Origin: Microcoleus sp.
GTDB taxonomy: Bacteria > Cyanobacteriota > Cyanobacteriia > Cyanobacteriales > Microcoleaceae
Direction of reading: 5' to 3'
Length of the DNA: 64,000 nt
Assembly (NCBI GenBank): GCA_042408215.1
Contig: JAYFMW010000010.1
Location: 1-64,000, forward strand
Under the pieces are notes generated by a model that saw only the letters and a program-made list of their open reading frames with translations, was not told the DNA's origin and ran no database searches. How positions within the stretch are numbered: position 1 is the stretch's first letter; each line of letters begins with the position of its first letter. Both the position numbers and the translations under genes were made by a program. Below, piece by piece: positions 1-10,484 of the stretch.

Positions 1-170
1 TTAATATGGATTCGCGACTCGCGATCGTCCCAACTTGATAGTCGGGATTGATCCGGGCTAAAACGTTGATTTTTTTCTCTTGTTGTTTATAGCGGGGGCA
101 TTCTCCCGACATTTCAGCTAAAATAAAAGGTCTAATTGTACATCATAATTAGTTTAAGGAGGGAGATTCT

Positions 171-2006
171 GTGCAACTAAAAACTAAAGTAGCCGTAAAG
201 CGTGCAACTGGCGCATTTGCTCTAATTGACAGTTTGAAGCGCCACGGTGTCAAGCATATTTTTGGTTATCCCGGCGGTGCAATTCTGCCACTTTACGACG
301 AACTCTATCGCGCTGAAGCAGCAGGCGGCATCCAACACATTTTGGTGCGGCACGAGCAAGGTGCTGCTCACGCAGCGGACGGCTACGCCCGCGCTACCGG
401 ACAAGTTGGGGTTTGCTTTGCTACTTCGGGGCCGGGCGCAACTAATTTGGTGACGGGGATTGCGACGGCTCAGATGGACTCGATCCCGATGGTGATTATT
501 ACCGGTCAGGTACCTCGTCCGGCGATCGGCACTGATGCTTTTCAGGAAACTGATATTTACGGGATTACGCTGCCAATTGTCAAGCATTCTTATGTGGTGC
601 GCGACCCCAGAGATATGTCGAAAATCGTAGCAGAGGCTTTCCACATCGCCAGTACGGGGCGTCCGGGGCCTGTGTTGATTGATGTGCCGAAAGATGTAGG
701 TTTGGAGGACTTTGACTATCTACCAGTAGAGCCTGGAGCAGTGAGAATTCCCGGCTACCGGCCGACGGTGAAGGGAAATCCGCGGCAGATTAATCAAGCA
801 ATTCATTTGCTGAAAGCAGCGTCACGTCCTTTGCTGTATGTGGGCGGCGGGGCGATCGCCTCGGCGGCTCATGAGGAAATTAAGGAACTGGCGGAGCTTT
901 TTCACTTGCCGGTCACTACAACCCTAATGGGCAAAGGTGCCTTTGATGAAAATCATCCTTTGTCTGTGAAGATGTTGGGGATGCACGGAACGGCTTACGC
1001 TAATTTTGCGGTGAGCGAGTGCGATTTGCTGATTGCTGTGGGAGCGAGATTTGACGATCGCGTGACTGGCAAATTAGACGAGTTTGCCGCTCGCGCCAAG
1101 GTGATTCACATCGATATTGACCCGGCTGAGGTGGGCAAAAATCGCGGCCCAGAAGTGCCAATTGTCGGAGATGTGCGGCAAGTTTTGATCGATTTGCTGC
1201 GCCGCTGTCGGGAAATTGGGGTTTCGGGTAATCCCGAACAAACTGCGGAATGGTTGCACAGGATCGATCGCTGGAAAAGTGACTATCCCCTAGTTGTGCC
1301 GCACTATCCCGAAATTTTGTCTCCCCAAGAGGTGATTTCGGAGTTGGGAATTCAAGCGCCTGATGCTTACTACACGACGGATGTCGGTCAACACCAAATG
1401 TGGGCGGCTCAATTTTTGAACAACGGGCCCCGGCGCTGGATTTCTAGCGCTGGTTTGGGCACGATGGGTTACGGGCTACCGGCGGCGATGGGCGCGAAAA
1501 TGGCCCTGCCTCACGAGCAAGTGATTTGCATTGCTGGCGATGCTAGCATCCAAATGAACATTCAAGAGTTGGGAACTTTAGCACAGTATGGCATTAATGT
1601 CAAGACTGTAATTGTAAATAACGGCTGGCAGGGCATGGTGCGGCAGTGGCAGCAGGCTTTCTACGGGGAGCGTTATTCGTCGTCGAACATGGAAGTGGGG
1701 ATGCCGGATTTTGTGATGCTGGCACAGGCTTACGGGGTGAAGGGGATACTGGTTTCCCATCCAGATCAGTTGAAAGATGCGATCGCCGAAATGTTGGCTC
1801 ACGATGGCCCGGTGCTGTTGGATGCCAAGGTGACGAGAGACGAAAACTGTTATCCGATGGTAGCTCCCGGTAAGAGCAATGCTCAAATGCTAGGTTTGCC
1901 CGATCGCAGCAATTTGGAATCAGCAGAGTTAGTTTACTGTGCGAGTTGCGGGGCTAAGAATGTTTCGAGCAATAAGTTCTGCCCGGAATGCGGCGCGAAA
2001 CTTTAA
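171..2006 (+). CDS. ilvB: Acetolactate synthase large (catalytic) subunit with C-terminal zinc ribbon
   Basis: [24 protein letters not shown] and GDASIQMN ThDP-enzyme motifs; C-terminal CxxC..CxxC; AGGAGG RBS upstream of GTG. Confidence 0.97.
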   Translation: MQLKTKVAVKRATGAFALIDSLKRHGVKHIFGYPGGAILPLYDELYRAEAAGGIQHILVRHEQGAAHAADGYARATGQVGVCFATSGPGATNLVTGIATAQMDSIPMVIITGQVPRPAIGTDAFQETDIYGITLPIVKHSYVVRDPRDMSKIVAEAFHIASTGRPGPVLIDVPKDVGLEDFDYLPVEPGAVRIPGYRPTVKGNPRQINQAIHLLKAASRPLLYVGGGAIASAAHEEIKELAELFHLPVTTTLMGKGAFDENHPLSVKMLGMHGTAYANFAVSECDLLIAVGARFDDRVTGKLDEFAARAKVIHIDIDPAEVGKNRGPEVPIVGDVRQVLIDLLRRCREIGVSGNPEQTAEWLHRIDRWKSDYPLVVPHYPEILSPQEVISELGIQAPDAYYTTDVGQHQMWAAQFLNNGPRRWISSAGLGTMGYGLPAAMGAKMALPHEQVICIAGDASIQMNIQELGTLAQYGINVKTVIVNNGWQGMVRQWQQAFYGERYSSSNMEVGMPDFVMLAQAYGVKGILVSHPDQLKDAIAEMLAHDGPVLLDAKVTRDENCYPMVAPGKSNAQMLGLPDRSNLESAELVYCASCGAKNVSSNKFCPECGAKL

Positions 2007-2026
2007 AGCAGTTTGTAGTTTGTAGG

Positions 2027-2055
2027 GGCTTTCTGTGGGGGGAAAGCCTTTTTTT
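2027..2055 (+). terminator. Rho-independent terminator after ilvB
   Basis: GGCTTTC/GAAAGCC stem followed by T7. Confidence 0.75.
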
Positions 2056-2075
2056 ATTTGATATTAAATCCGGTA

Positions 2076-2181
2076 ATATCAATTCCAGTTGGATCGGAAT
2101 GATTTAACCGCAGAGAACGCAGAGAACACAGAGAAAGAGAAGAGAGAGATGGATAATTCCGATGAAGAGCGGATTTGATAT
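2076..2181. mobile_element. MITE-like element family A (~105 bp, AACCGCAGAG-GCAGAG core)
   Basis: Imperfect TIRs ATATCAATTCC..ATCGGAAT / ATTCCGAT..GGATTTGATAT; relatives at ~6470-6565, 62126-62230 and 62279-62381; core alone at 41654-41700, 55933-55975 and 60315-60355. Confidence 0.75.
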
Positions 2182-2318
2182 ATAGCGATCCTAAATCATT
2201 TGCATAATTCTTGTAGGGGCAATCCGACCCCTACTCCCCGTGGTTGCCCAATCCCTCGGAGGGCGGGCACGGGGGCACCGCCCCTACATATCTGCATGAA
2301 TGATTTAGGATTGCTATA
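2181..2318. mobile_element. MITE-like element with ~20-bp TIRs enclosing a GTAG-REP-like hairpin
   Basis: TATAGCGATCCTAAATCATT ... AATGATTTAGGATTGCTATA inverted ends; internal GTAGGGGC...GCCCCTAC. Confidence 0.75.
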
Positions 2319-2488
2319 AGTAGGTCGCCTTAATTAAACGTAAAAAGCGATCGCGCTGTCTGATCCCCGACTTCTTACAGCCTGCGGGGATCTGGGTATG
2401 ATATAAACCACAGATGAACGCTGATGATAATTAAAGTTTTTCATGCTGAATCAAGGCGGCTTCGGAAAAAAAACTATAGGGAGCAGTC

Positions 2489-3349
2489 ATGTCATCGAAC
2501 AGTGTAGAGTCTAGCAGTAAGATTGCTAATTTAAAATCTCCTAATCAAACCAATAGAGATGTTTACATTGCAGTCAAACTAACTCTCCTGATTTTGCTGC
2601 TAACTATCTTGTCGAAGTTTTTTGCGATCGTCAATGCTGGCGAACGAGGCGTACTCATGCAGTTCGGCAAAGTACAAGAACAGGTATTAGGAGAAGGAAT
2701 TCACCTGATTGTCCCCATCATCTATACTGTACAAAACTTGAGCGTCCGAATCCAAAAGCAGGAAATCTCCGCCGAAGCTTCCTCAAAGGATCTTCAAGAT
2801 GTTTTTACAGATGTGGCGCTCAACTGGCATATTATTCCCGATGAAGCTAATGCCATTTTTCAACAAATAGGGGACGAACAACAAGTAGTCGATCGGATTA
2901 TCGATCCAGCAGTCGAAGAAGTGCTCAAAGCAGTCATGGCTAAGTACACTGCGGAAGAAATTATTACCAAGCGAGGAGAAGTGAAAGGTGGAGTAGATGA
3001 TTTTTTGACAAAGCGACTGGCTAACTATCACATTGCTGTGGATGATATTTCCTTGGTTCACGTTCACTTTTCCTCTGGATTTAGCGACGCAGTAGAAGCG
3101 AAACAAATTGCCGAACAGGAAGCAAAAAGAGGAGAGTTTCTAGCACTGAAGGCCGTAAAAGAGGCAGAGGCTAAGGTGAATTTAGCCAAAGGAGAGGCAG
3201 AAGTGCAAAGATTGTTGCGGGACAATTTGACTGCGGAAATTTTGTCAAGACAAGCTATCGAAAAATGGAATGGTAAATTGCCGTTGATTGTGGGTGATGG
3301 TGGTAAAAATATATTGGATGTGAAAAAACTATTCAATAGTGCTAATTAA
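2489..3349 (+). CDS. SPFH/band 7 (prohibitin-like) membrane protein
   Basis: N-terminal TM helix; AGERGV, SKDLQDV, AVEAKQIAEQEA and IEKWNGKLP motifs. Confidence 0.92.
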   Translation: MSSNSVESSSKIANLKSPNQTNRDVYIAVKLTLLILLLTILSKFFAIVNAGERGVLMQFGKVQEQVLGEGIHLIVPIIYTVQNLSVRIQKQEISAEASSKDLQDVFTDVALNWHIIPDEANAIFQQIGDEQQVVDRIIDPAVEEVLKAVMAKYTAEEIITKRGEVKGGVDDFLTKRLANYHIAVDDISLVHVHFSSGFSDAVEAKQIAEQEAKRGEFLALKAVKEAEAKVNLAKGEAEVQRLLRDNLTAEILSRQAIEKWNGKLPLIVGDGGKNILDVKKLFNSAN

Positions 3350-3360
3350 ATCACACATTA

Positions 3361-3430
3361 CCCATGCCCCATTCCCCATGCCCAATTCCCCATGCCCAAT
3401 TCCCGGGCACGCTGTCCCAATTCCCCATTA
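3361..3430. repeat. Heptamer STRR tract (CCCATGC/CCCAATT)
   Basis: Degenerate 7-nt tandem units between convergent genes. Confidence 0.8.
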
Positions 3431-4369
3431 CCAATTACTAGCAAATTCAGTTAATATCTGTTCAAACGCTTTACTAATTGCCGTTTGAAAACGTTGTCTG
3501 TGCTTCAGTTTTAAAACTGGTTGAACTATTGCCATAGTCGGCTGAGAATTTTCTCTAAAATCTACAATTTGAAGCGATCGCATTGTCGCCAACTGTAGTT
3601 CTTTTTTTACCATTAATTCAGGAATAGCGGCAGCACCAGCACCACTTTCAACCACTGCTTTTACCATTTCGCTACTGTTCAAAACTAAAATGACATTCAA
3701 TTCAGTAGGATTGATCCCCCAACTTTGCAAAGCTTGTTCAAACATTTGCTGAGCTCCCGAACCCGGTTCTCGCATCACCCAATCCGTTGTCGGAATTTCA
3801 GTTAAACTAATTTCGGCTCGCTCAAACCAAGGGTGGGATTTGCCAACCACAATCAGCAAGCGCTCGCTACCTACAACTTCTGCTTCTAGACTAATCTGAA
3901 GCGCGGGTTTAATCTCTCCCGTCACCAAACCTAAATCAAAAATTCCTGTCGCCGTCCCCGTGCAAATCTCATCGGCATTGGCGGGGGTGCAATTGACAGT
4001 AATACCGGGGTACTTTTGTTTAAAATAGCAAAGTTTTTCTGGCAACCAGTAGTTGCCAATTGTCAGACTCGATCCCAAATTAAAATGTCCTCGCTGCAAG
4101 TCGTTTAATTCTCGCAATCCTCTCTCAGTCAAAGCAACTTGGTCGATAATTTTCTGCGTTTCTACTTGCAGCAACTTCCCAGCTTCTGTGATTTCGATGC
4201 GGCGGCCGAGCCGGTGAAATAGTTTTACTCCATATTGCACCTCTAAACATTGGATGGCGGCGCTGACAGCGGGTTGGGTAATGTAAAGTTCCTCTGCGGC
4301 ACGGCTGAAGTGCAGGTGTTCCGCTACAGCTAGAAAAACTCGCAGTTGGTCAAGGGTCATTCCGGCCAT
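3428..4369 (-). CDS. LysR-family transcriptional regulator (CysL/CmpR-like)
   Basis: N-terminal HTH (HFSRAAEELYITQPAVS); substrate-binding domain with MREPGSG. Confidence 0.93.
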   Translation of the reverse strand: MAGMTLDQLRVFLAVAEHLHFSRAAEELYITQPAVSAAIQCLEVQYGVKLFHRLGRRIEITEAGKLLQVETQKIIDQVALTERGLRELNDLQRGHFNLGSSLTIGNYWLPEKLCYFKQKYPGITVNCTPANADEICTGTATGIFDLGLVTGEIKPALQISLEAEVVGSERLLIVVGKSHPWFERAEISLTEIPTTDWVMREPGSGAQQMFEQALQSWGINPTELNVILVLNSSEMVKAVVESGAGAAAIPELMVKKELQLATMRSLQIVDFRENSQPTMAIVQPVLKLKHRQRFQTAISKAFEQILTEFASNW

Positions 4370-4447
4370 TTTTGGGTACTATGATGCCAAATACAGTTAA
4401 ATTTTTGAAACTGAAATATAGCCTTTCTCAGGTAAATAAGGTGCTCA

Positions 4448-4498
4448 TGGGCATAGGGCATAGGGCATAGGGCATAGGGCATAGGGCATTGGGCATTG
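4448..4498. repeat. Heptamer STRR tract (GGGCATA)n
   Basis: About 7 tandem GGGCATA/GGGCATT units. Confidence 0.9.
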
Positions 4499-4917
4499 GT
4501 GGTTCCTGTTCATGGAAGAGAATTGCTGCTGGACTCGCGTGGGTACCTCGCTTCCTTGAGAACCGCTATATATTGTCGCTAAACTTTGACCGGCAACAAC
4601 TCGATCGCTTACATCGCTTACATTGTACAGGTTGAAAATTCCTAAAAAAACGGTTGACAACCGTCCTTTAAATTTTTCTTATAGCATCAATGCTTTCAGC
4701 CTTTAGGATCTCATTTCTTTTGGATAGCAAAGGTGTTTTCCTAGACGGCAATTCATCACTTGTATTTATTAATTCAATAAAAAACAACATTTGATTTTAT
4801 CCACCAGACTCCTTAAAGTAGAGTCAAGTCTTTGGCAATGGGCCCAATGCTAAGGCAGAAACAACAAGTTCAAGCCGATCGCGATCGCTGTGGCTTGACA
4901 AATAATGGAGATTATGC

Positions 4918-6438
4918 ATGACCGCGACAACGCAAATAAAAACGCAAATAAATCGGAGTGCTCACGGCTTAAAGTCAAACTGCCTTTCCTTTGGAGAAGT
5001 TTTAGCTCAATCCTTTGCTGTCATAGCACCTACCACTATACCAGCATCTAATATAGGCTTGATCGTGGCGCTCTCAGGAAACGGTGCTTGGCTGAGTTTT
5101 GCGATCGGCTTGATCGGCCTAGTATTTGTCAGCATCAATATCAACCAATTTGCGAGTCGATCGGCTTCTCCCGGTTCTCTTTATTCTTACATTGTTAAAG
5201 GTCTTGGCCCTACTGCTGGCGTAATTTGCGGCTGGAGTTTGGTGCTGGCTTATTTATTTACTGCGATGGCCGTTTTGTGCGGTTTTGCCAACTTTAGCGG
5301 TACTTTTATCGGTCATTTGGGCATCCACCCGTCACCGATTACGCTATTGGCGATCGGGGCTGGCGTTGCTTGGTATGCAGGTTATAAAGATATCCAGCTT
5401 TCAGCTATGGCGATGCTGTGGCTGGAGGGGGTTTCCATTGCCATGATTTCAGTTTTAGGAATCATCATCTGGGCACACAAAGGTTTTGCCTTAGATATGT
5501 CGCAATTAACTTTGCAAGGTGTAACTCCGGGCAGCATAGCGACAGGACTTGTATTAGTAATGTTTGGTTTCTCTGGTTTTGAAAGCGCTACATCTCTGGG
5601 CGACGAAGCGAAAAAACCATTAAAAAATATCCCCAGAGCTGTCATGGGTAGTGCTGTGATGGCCGGTCTATTCTTCATTATGATGACCTACATTGAGGTG
5701 TTGGGTTTTAGTGGCACTGGACAGTCAATTACTACTAATGAAGAACCTCTGAGTTTTCTGTCGCAACAGGTAGGAATGGGTTGGCTGGGTGAGTTGGTTG
5801 GTGTTGGTGCTTTATTTAGCTTTTTTGCTTGCGTACTTGGCAGTATCAATCCAGCGGCTAGAGTCTTTTTTATGATGGCGCGCCACGGTTTATTTCACTC
5901 TTCATTAGGTAGGACGCATTCGTCTAACAAAACGCCTCACGTTGCAGTTACGATGTGTACGTTTCTGACATTTTTGGTTCCGGCTGTGATGTCTTTGTTT
6001 AACATAAAACTGTTCGATTGTATGGGTTATTTGGGAGCAATTTGCAGCTACGGATTTTTAACGGTGTACGTCTTGATTTCGATCGCGGCTCCGGTTTACC
6101 TGCACAAAATTGGTAAATTGTGCCTGCGGGATGTGGTGTGCTCGGTGGTGGCGATCGCATTTATGATGATTCCTATTCTGGGCAGTGTCGGCATTCCCGG
6201 CAGCACTATGTTCCCACCTCCAGAAGCTCCTTATGATGCGTTTCCTTACTTGTTTTTGATGTACTTGGTTGCTACTTGCGGATGGTTTGTCTTGCAGCGG
6301 CTGCGTTCTCCTGAACTGGCGGGATCGATGCAGCATCGAGTGAACGCAATTCACTCCACATTCGACAGCGAAGGAAATGCAATTTACGGCAGTTCTCGGT
6401 TGAATCAACTTCCCTTTGACAGTGATGGTTTTGATTAG
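4918..6438 (+). CDS. APC-family amino acid/amine permease
   Basis: ~12 TM segments; GSLYSY, FSGFESATSLGDEAK and RVFFMMARHG motifs. Confidence 0.92.
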   Translation: MTATTQIKTQINRSAHGLKSNCLSFGEVLAQSFAVIAPTTIPASNIGLIVALSGNGAWLSFAIGLIGLVFVSININQFASRSASPGSLYSYIVKGLGPTAGVICGWSLVLAYLFTAMAVLCGFANFSGTFIGHLGIHPSPITLLAIGAGVAWYAGYKDIQLSAMAMLWLEGVSIAMISVLGIIIWAHKGFALDMSQLTLQGVTPGSIATGLVLVMFGFSGFESATSLGDEAKKPLKNIPRAVMGSAVMAGLFFIMMTYIEVLGFSGTGQSITTNEEPLSFLSQQVGMGWLGELVGVGALFSFFACVLGSINPAARVFFMMARHGLFHSSLGRTHSSNKTPHVAVTMCTFLTFLVPAVMSLFNIKLFDCMGYLGAICSYGFLTVYVLISIAAPVYLHKIGKLCLRDVVCSVVAIAFMMIPILGSVGIPGSTMFPPPEAPYDAFPYLFLMYLVATCGWFVLQRLRSPELAGSMQHRVNAIHSTFDSEGNAIYGSSRLNQLPFDSDGFD

Positions 6439-6680
6439 TAGTTACCAGTTAGTAGTCAGTAATATCGTTGACCGTTGTATCGGAATGATTTAACCACAGA
6501 GAACACAGAGAACACAGAGAGATCGGAGAGAAATGAATAATTCCGATGAAGAGAGGGATTGATATAATTCATTGCTTAAAAGCAATACTGGACTCAAGTG
6601 CCGACTACAAAAAAACAGCAAAAACAATCATTACTTGCCAGCGAATACAACAAATAAAAACCCTAGAATTCAAAAAGTAA

Positions 6681-7385
6681 ATGAACGAATTACTAACAGC
6701 AATTTTAACTGGTTTCACGGCTTTTACAGCTACCAACCTAGATGATATTGTCATCCTGCTGCTATTCTTCTCTCAAGTAAATGCTGCCTTCCGGCGCAGG
6801 CACATTATTGCTGGTCAGTATTTAGGATTTGCTGCACTGGTTTTTGCTAGCCTTCCCGGTTTTTTTGGTCGCTTAATCTTTCCCCCAGAATGGATTGGAA
6901 TGCTTGGTATTTTGCCGATCGCAATTGGCATAGGTCGCTTGCTGAATGCGGATACAGATGAGTCGGAGGATCTGGAAGCGGGGCAGTCCGAACCATCGGC
7001 TTTTAGCAGTTTTCTGTCTCCCCAAACTTACAGCGTGGCAGCGGTGACGGTGGCTAATGGCAGCGACAATATCAGTATCTACGTGCCGCTGTTTGCTAGC
7101 AGTACCTTGGAGAATCTGGTGGTGATTATCACTGTATTTTTTACCCTGGTTGGGGTTTGGTGCTATGCTGCTTATCGGTTAATTCAGATGAGGGCGATCG
7201 CCGATTCTCTGACTCGCTACGGCAATCATCTCGTTCCTTTTGTCTTGATTGGATTGGGAGTTGCGATTCTGGTGCAAAGTGGCACTCTGGCAAGTCCAAC
7301 TTTAAGTATAATAACTTTAGTTGCTTGCTGTTTCTGTTTGATAACTCTCAACAGAAATAACGGCGGCGAACCTAAAGTTGAATAA
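6681..7385 (+). CDS. CadD-family (cadmium resistance transporter-like) membrane protein
   Basis: FTATNLDD, GQYLGF and VTVANGSDNISIYVPLF signature. Confidence 0.9.
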   Translation: MNELLTAILTGFTAFTATNLDDIVILLLFFSQVNAAFRRRHIIAGQYLGFAALVFASLPGFFGRLIFPPEWIGMLGILPIAIGIGRLLNADTDESEDLEAGQSEPSAFSSFLSPQTYSVAAVTVANGSDNISIYVPLFASSTLENLVVIITVFFTLVGVWCYAAYRLIQMRAIADSLTRYGNHLVPFVLIGLGVAILVQSGTLASPTLSIITLVACCFCLITLNRNNGGEPKVE

Positions 7386-7391
7386 AATTAA

Positions 7392-8069
7392 ATGGGCAGC
7401 GTTATGAGTTGGTTTGCAGCAGCGATTATTGCCGGAGTTACATCTTTTGCCGCCACCAACATTGATGACATTGTGATTTTGATGCTGTTCTTCGCCCAGG
7501 TAAATGCTAGTTTCCGGCCCCGGCATATTGTTGTCGGTCAGTATCTGGGGTTTACAGCGCTGATTGTTGCGAGTTTACCCGGTTTCTTTGGCGGCTTAAT
7601 CGTGCCAAAAGCTATTATCGGTTTGCTGGGTTTTGTTCCGATCGCGATCGGCATCAAACACCTAGTGAGTCGGGGAAGTCAGGAAAACGATGTACAAGCA
7701 GTATCCGGTGAATTTAGTCGATCGCAACCTAATTCATCTGTACTATCAAAACTAGCCAATCTGTTCAACCCCCAAATTTTTAATGTTGCTGCTGTTACCA
7801 TTGCCAATGGCGGTGACAATATCGGCATTTATTTGCCCTTGTTTGCTAGCAGCGACTTACGGAGTTTGGTGGTAATTCTGGTGGTGTTCTTTTTGTCGAT
7901 CGCAGTTTGGTGCTATGTGGCTTATCGACTAACTAGCCAAAGGGCGATCGCCAACATTTTAACTCGCTATACTCAGGCTATCGTCCCTTTTGTCTTGATT
8001 GGTTTGGGAATATTCATCCTGATCGAAAGCGGTAGTTATCGGCTGCTCCCGCCATTTCAATCTAACTAA
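7392..8069 (+). CDS. CadD-family membrane protein, second paralog
   Basis: FAATNIDD, GQYLGF and TIANGGDNIGIYLPLF signature. Confidence 0.9.
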   Translation: MGSVMSWFAAAIIAGVTSFAATNIDDIVILMLFFAQVNASFRPRHIVVGQYLGFTALIVASLPGFFGGLIVPKAIIGLLGFVPIAIGIKHLVSRGSQENDVQAVSGEFSRSQPNSSVLSKLANLFNPQIFNVAAVTIANGGDNIGIYLPLFASSDLRSLVVILVVFFLSIAVWCYVAYRLTSQRAIANILTRYTQAIVPFVLIGLGIFILIESGSYRLLPPFQSN

Positions 8070-8606
8070 TAATGAGCAAATATTCCGCTACTTCCATCCC
8101 CCTATAGGTAGATAATTTGCCCTAACTCCTAACTCCTAACTCATCCCTTTCACCTGAACAATTGTTTGCTAAAAAAATCCCTCGATTGCTTGAAATATAT
8201 CAACAAATATGCTAAGGTGAATCAGGCAGTGAGTGACTCAACTAAAATCAGCTTCAAACTAACTTAGCCTCTAGTCTTAACTCAAGTTAAGACCATCTTT
8301 TTCGCTGGCAACTTGCCGGATTTAGGCAACAAGATACCTCTGGTCTAAATAAATCCTTTAGTGGTGAATCAAACGGAGCTAAAAACTTGAGGATTAATCC
8401 ATAAAATATCGCCCGAACACTTCGCCACTACCCCACGCGGATCGACTTTGACAATAGGTATCATGCTAAAAAACCCTATTTTTGGATTGTGGAAAATTTG
8501 GCTCCTCATGCAAACAAGTTAAAGAGCCAGTTTTTGCCTAAGTCCTAAAATAGCCAGCCAACAAAAAGTTGGAAAAAACCTAACAATATCGAAAAGGAAA
8601 AAAATT

Positions 8607-9266
8607 GTGAACATCTTCAAATTTGTTTTAGTGCTCTTGGTAATCGCCGTCAATTTAGTATTCGTTCCCCCGTCCTGGGCCGAGACAAAAACGCCGAAAT
8701 ATGCGAACAATCCCGACTACATAGAGGTGACTCAAGCGCTGAACACTCTCCTGACAGCAAAAGACGCACCCGATATCGCCCAGACTTATACCCCAGAGGA
8801 ACTTCAGCAAAAAATCGCTCAATTGGAGTTTCAAAAATACACTTTAGAAACGGGAAAACCCTGGGGTCAGTGCCGCAATGAGACAGGAAAAACCCTGGCT
8901 GTCTACGGCCCGAAACGTAAAAAATCCGCTAACTCCTACGAGAATGACCTTTATTTTCTAGCTGACGGCCAGACAACAGAAAATAAATGGGATTGCGATG
9001 GAGTTTATCTGCCCAGCGATGTCAAATTAACAGAGTTAAATTCTGCCAGTAAACAAGGCCAAGAATTGACTGGGGGTGTGGCTCTCAAGATAGTTGACGG
9101 AACTCAGTTAGTAGTAACAACTAATCCCGAAACGGCGGCTGTTGAGTTCAATGTTCCTACTGCTAAAGTTTTCCAGCCAGGGGAAGTTAACTGGTTTATC
9201 CCCAAGGTGTCGCAGGCGTATATTAATACGCAAGTTCCCAATGCACCGACGGAGGAGAATGATTAG
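8607..9266 (+). CDS. Exported hypothetical protein
   Basis: Signal peptide ending PPSWA; two Cys (QCRNETG, WDCDGVYLP). Confidence 0.8.
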   Translation: MNIFKFVLVLLVIAVNLVFVPPSWAETKTPKYANNPDYIEVTQALNTLLTAKDAPDIAQTYTPEELQQKIAQLEFQKYTLETGKPWGQCRNETGKTLAVYGPKRKKSANSYENDLYFLADGQTTENKWDCDGVYLPSDVKLTELNSASKQGQELTGGVALKIVDGTQLVVTTNPETAAVEFNVPTAKVFQPGEVNWFIPKVSQAYINTQVPNAPTEEND

Positions 9267-9357
9267 ATAATCGGGGCAACCACGGGGGATTGCCCCTACA
9301 ACAAATCTGATAATCGGGGCAACCACGGGGGATTGCCCCTACAACAAATCTGATAAT
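9266..9357. repeat. Tandem duplication of a 43-bp REP-like hairpin
   Basis: GATAATCGGGGCAACCACGGGGGATTGCCCCTACAACAAATCT x2. Confidence 0.9.
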
Positions 9358-9442
9358 TAAGTTCTCCGTAAGTCCCCTCAAAATATTCGGCGGAAATACT
9401 GATTTCACAAGTATAATTTTATGAAAAATGAGAGTTTGATCC

Positions 9443-9865
9443 ATGCTATTAAAGTTCACATCCACAAAAGTAAATACAGAAAAGACTCAGCGACCAAATC
9501 CGTCGCGGGTGCGGGATCACTTGGCAAACGAGCGCACTTATTTAGCATGGATGCGGACTGCAATATCGCTGATGGGTTTTGGTGTAGTTATCGTGCGCCT
9601 TCGCCCCTTCCATCCTCCTATGCTGCCAACTCCCGGCAATGGCTGGAAGTTGGGTTTGCTTTTTTCGGCAGTGGGTTTGCTGACGGTGCTATTCTCAACT
9701 AAGCACTACTTTGGCGTCCGCCACGATATCGATTATGATACTTATGAACCTACCGATCGCTGGGTAATTCTGTTTAGCCTCGCGATCGCCATACTAGGGG
9801 CTGGGGTAATTTATTATATGTTCACCGTTCCTTCGATCTCATTTGGTTTGATGACAGTTGAATAA
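9443..9865 (+). CDS. DUF202/YidH family membrane protein
   Basis: RDHLANERTYLAWMRT signature, 3 TM. Confidence 0.92.
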   Translation: MLLKFTSTKVNTEKTQRPNPSRVRDHLANERTYLAWMRTAISLMGFGVVIVRLRPFHPPMLPTPGNGWKLGLLFSAVGLLTVLFSTKHYFGVRHDIDYDTYEPTDRWVILFSLAIAILGAGVIYYMFTVPSISFGLMTVE

Positions 9866-9904
9866 TGGCGACAGTTTAAGATCAATATTAAAGAGTTCGA
9901 TCGC

Positions 9905-10327
9905 GTGCAGTTATCGTTCACACCGATGAAAGTAGATGAGCAGAAACCAAAGCAGCAAAATCTGTCACGGGCGATCGATCGATCGGCAAATGAGCGCACT
10001 TTCTTAGCATGGATGCGGGCGGCGATCGCACTCATGGCTTTTGGCGTCGTCATCGTGCGACTTCGCGTCGTGCAACTCCCCGTACAACACCGTCACGCGA
10101 TCGGGTGGAAGTTGGGTTTAATCTTCTCTCTAGTAGGTTTGGCGACAGTCTTAATCTCAACTAAGCACTACTTCACCATTCGCCACCAAATTGACCACGA
10201 TACCTACGAGCCACCAGACGGCATGGTATTATTTTTCAGTTTCGCTGTCGGCTTATTGGGAATAGGAGTAATTTATGCGATTTTGGCAGCCGCCCTGAGC
10301 TCAACCAGTCTTGTAATACCCGATTGA
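9905..10327 (+). CDS. DUF202/YidH family membrane protein, second paralog
   Basis: ANERTFLAWMRA signature, 3 TM. Confidence 0.9.
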   Translation: MQLSFTPMKVDEQKPKQQNLSRAIDRSANERTFLAWMRAAIALMAFGVVIVRLRVVQLPVQHRHAIGWKLGLIFSLVGLATVLISTKHYFTIRHQIDHDTYEPPDGMVLFFSFAVGLLGIGVIYAILAAALSSTSLVIPD

Positions 10328-10402
10328 GCGCACAGCAGACTTAACAGACAACGGCTATTATTGAGTATAAATGCCTAAAATATCCTCGATTTCGATAAAG
10401 TA

Positions 10403-10424
10403 CAGTAACTCGATCGAGTTACTG
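10403..10424. promoter_or_regulatory. Perfect 22-bp palindrome, candidate operator
   Basis: CAGTAACTCGATCGAGTTACTG, with a degenerate second copy ~51 bp downstream. Confidence 0.4.
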
Positions 10425-10484
10425 GACATATCCTCGGGTTTGATGATAAACTACGGTAGGTCGATCGAGTTATGAGATTTTGAT

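Noticed and set aside
8350..8445. c-di-AMP (ydaO) riboswitch
   Set aside because: Only scattered words (GGTGAATC, CCCGAAC) match; the paired core could not be built.
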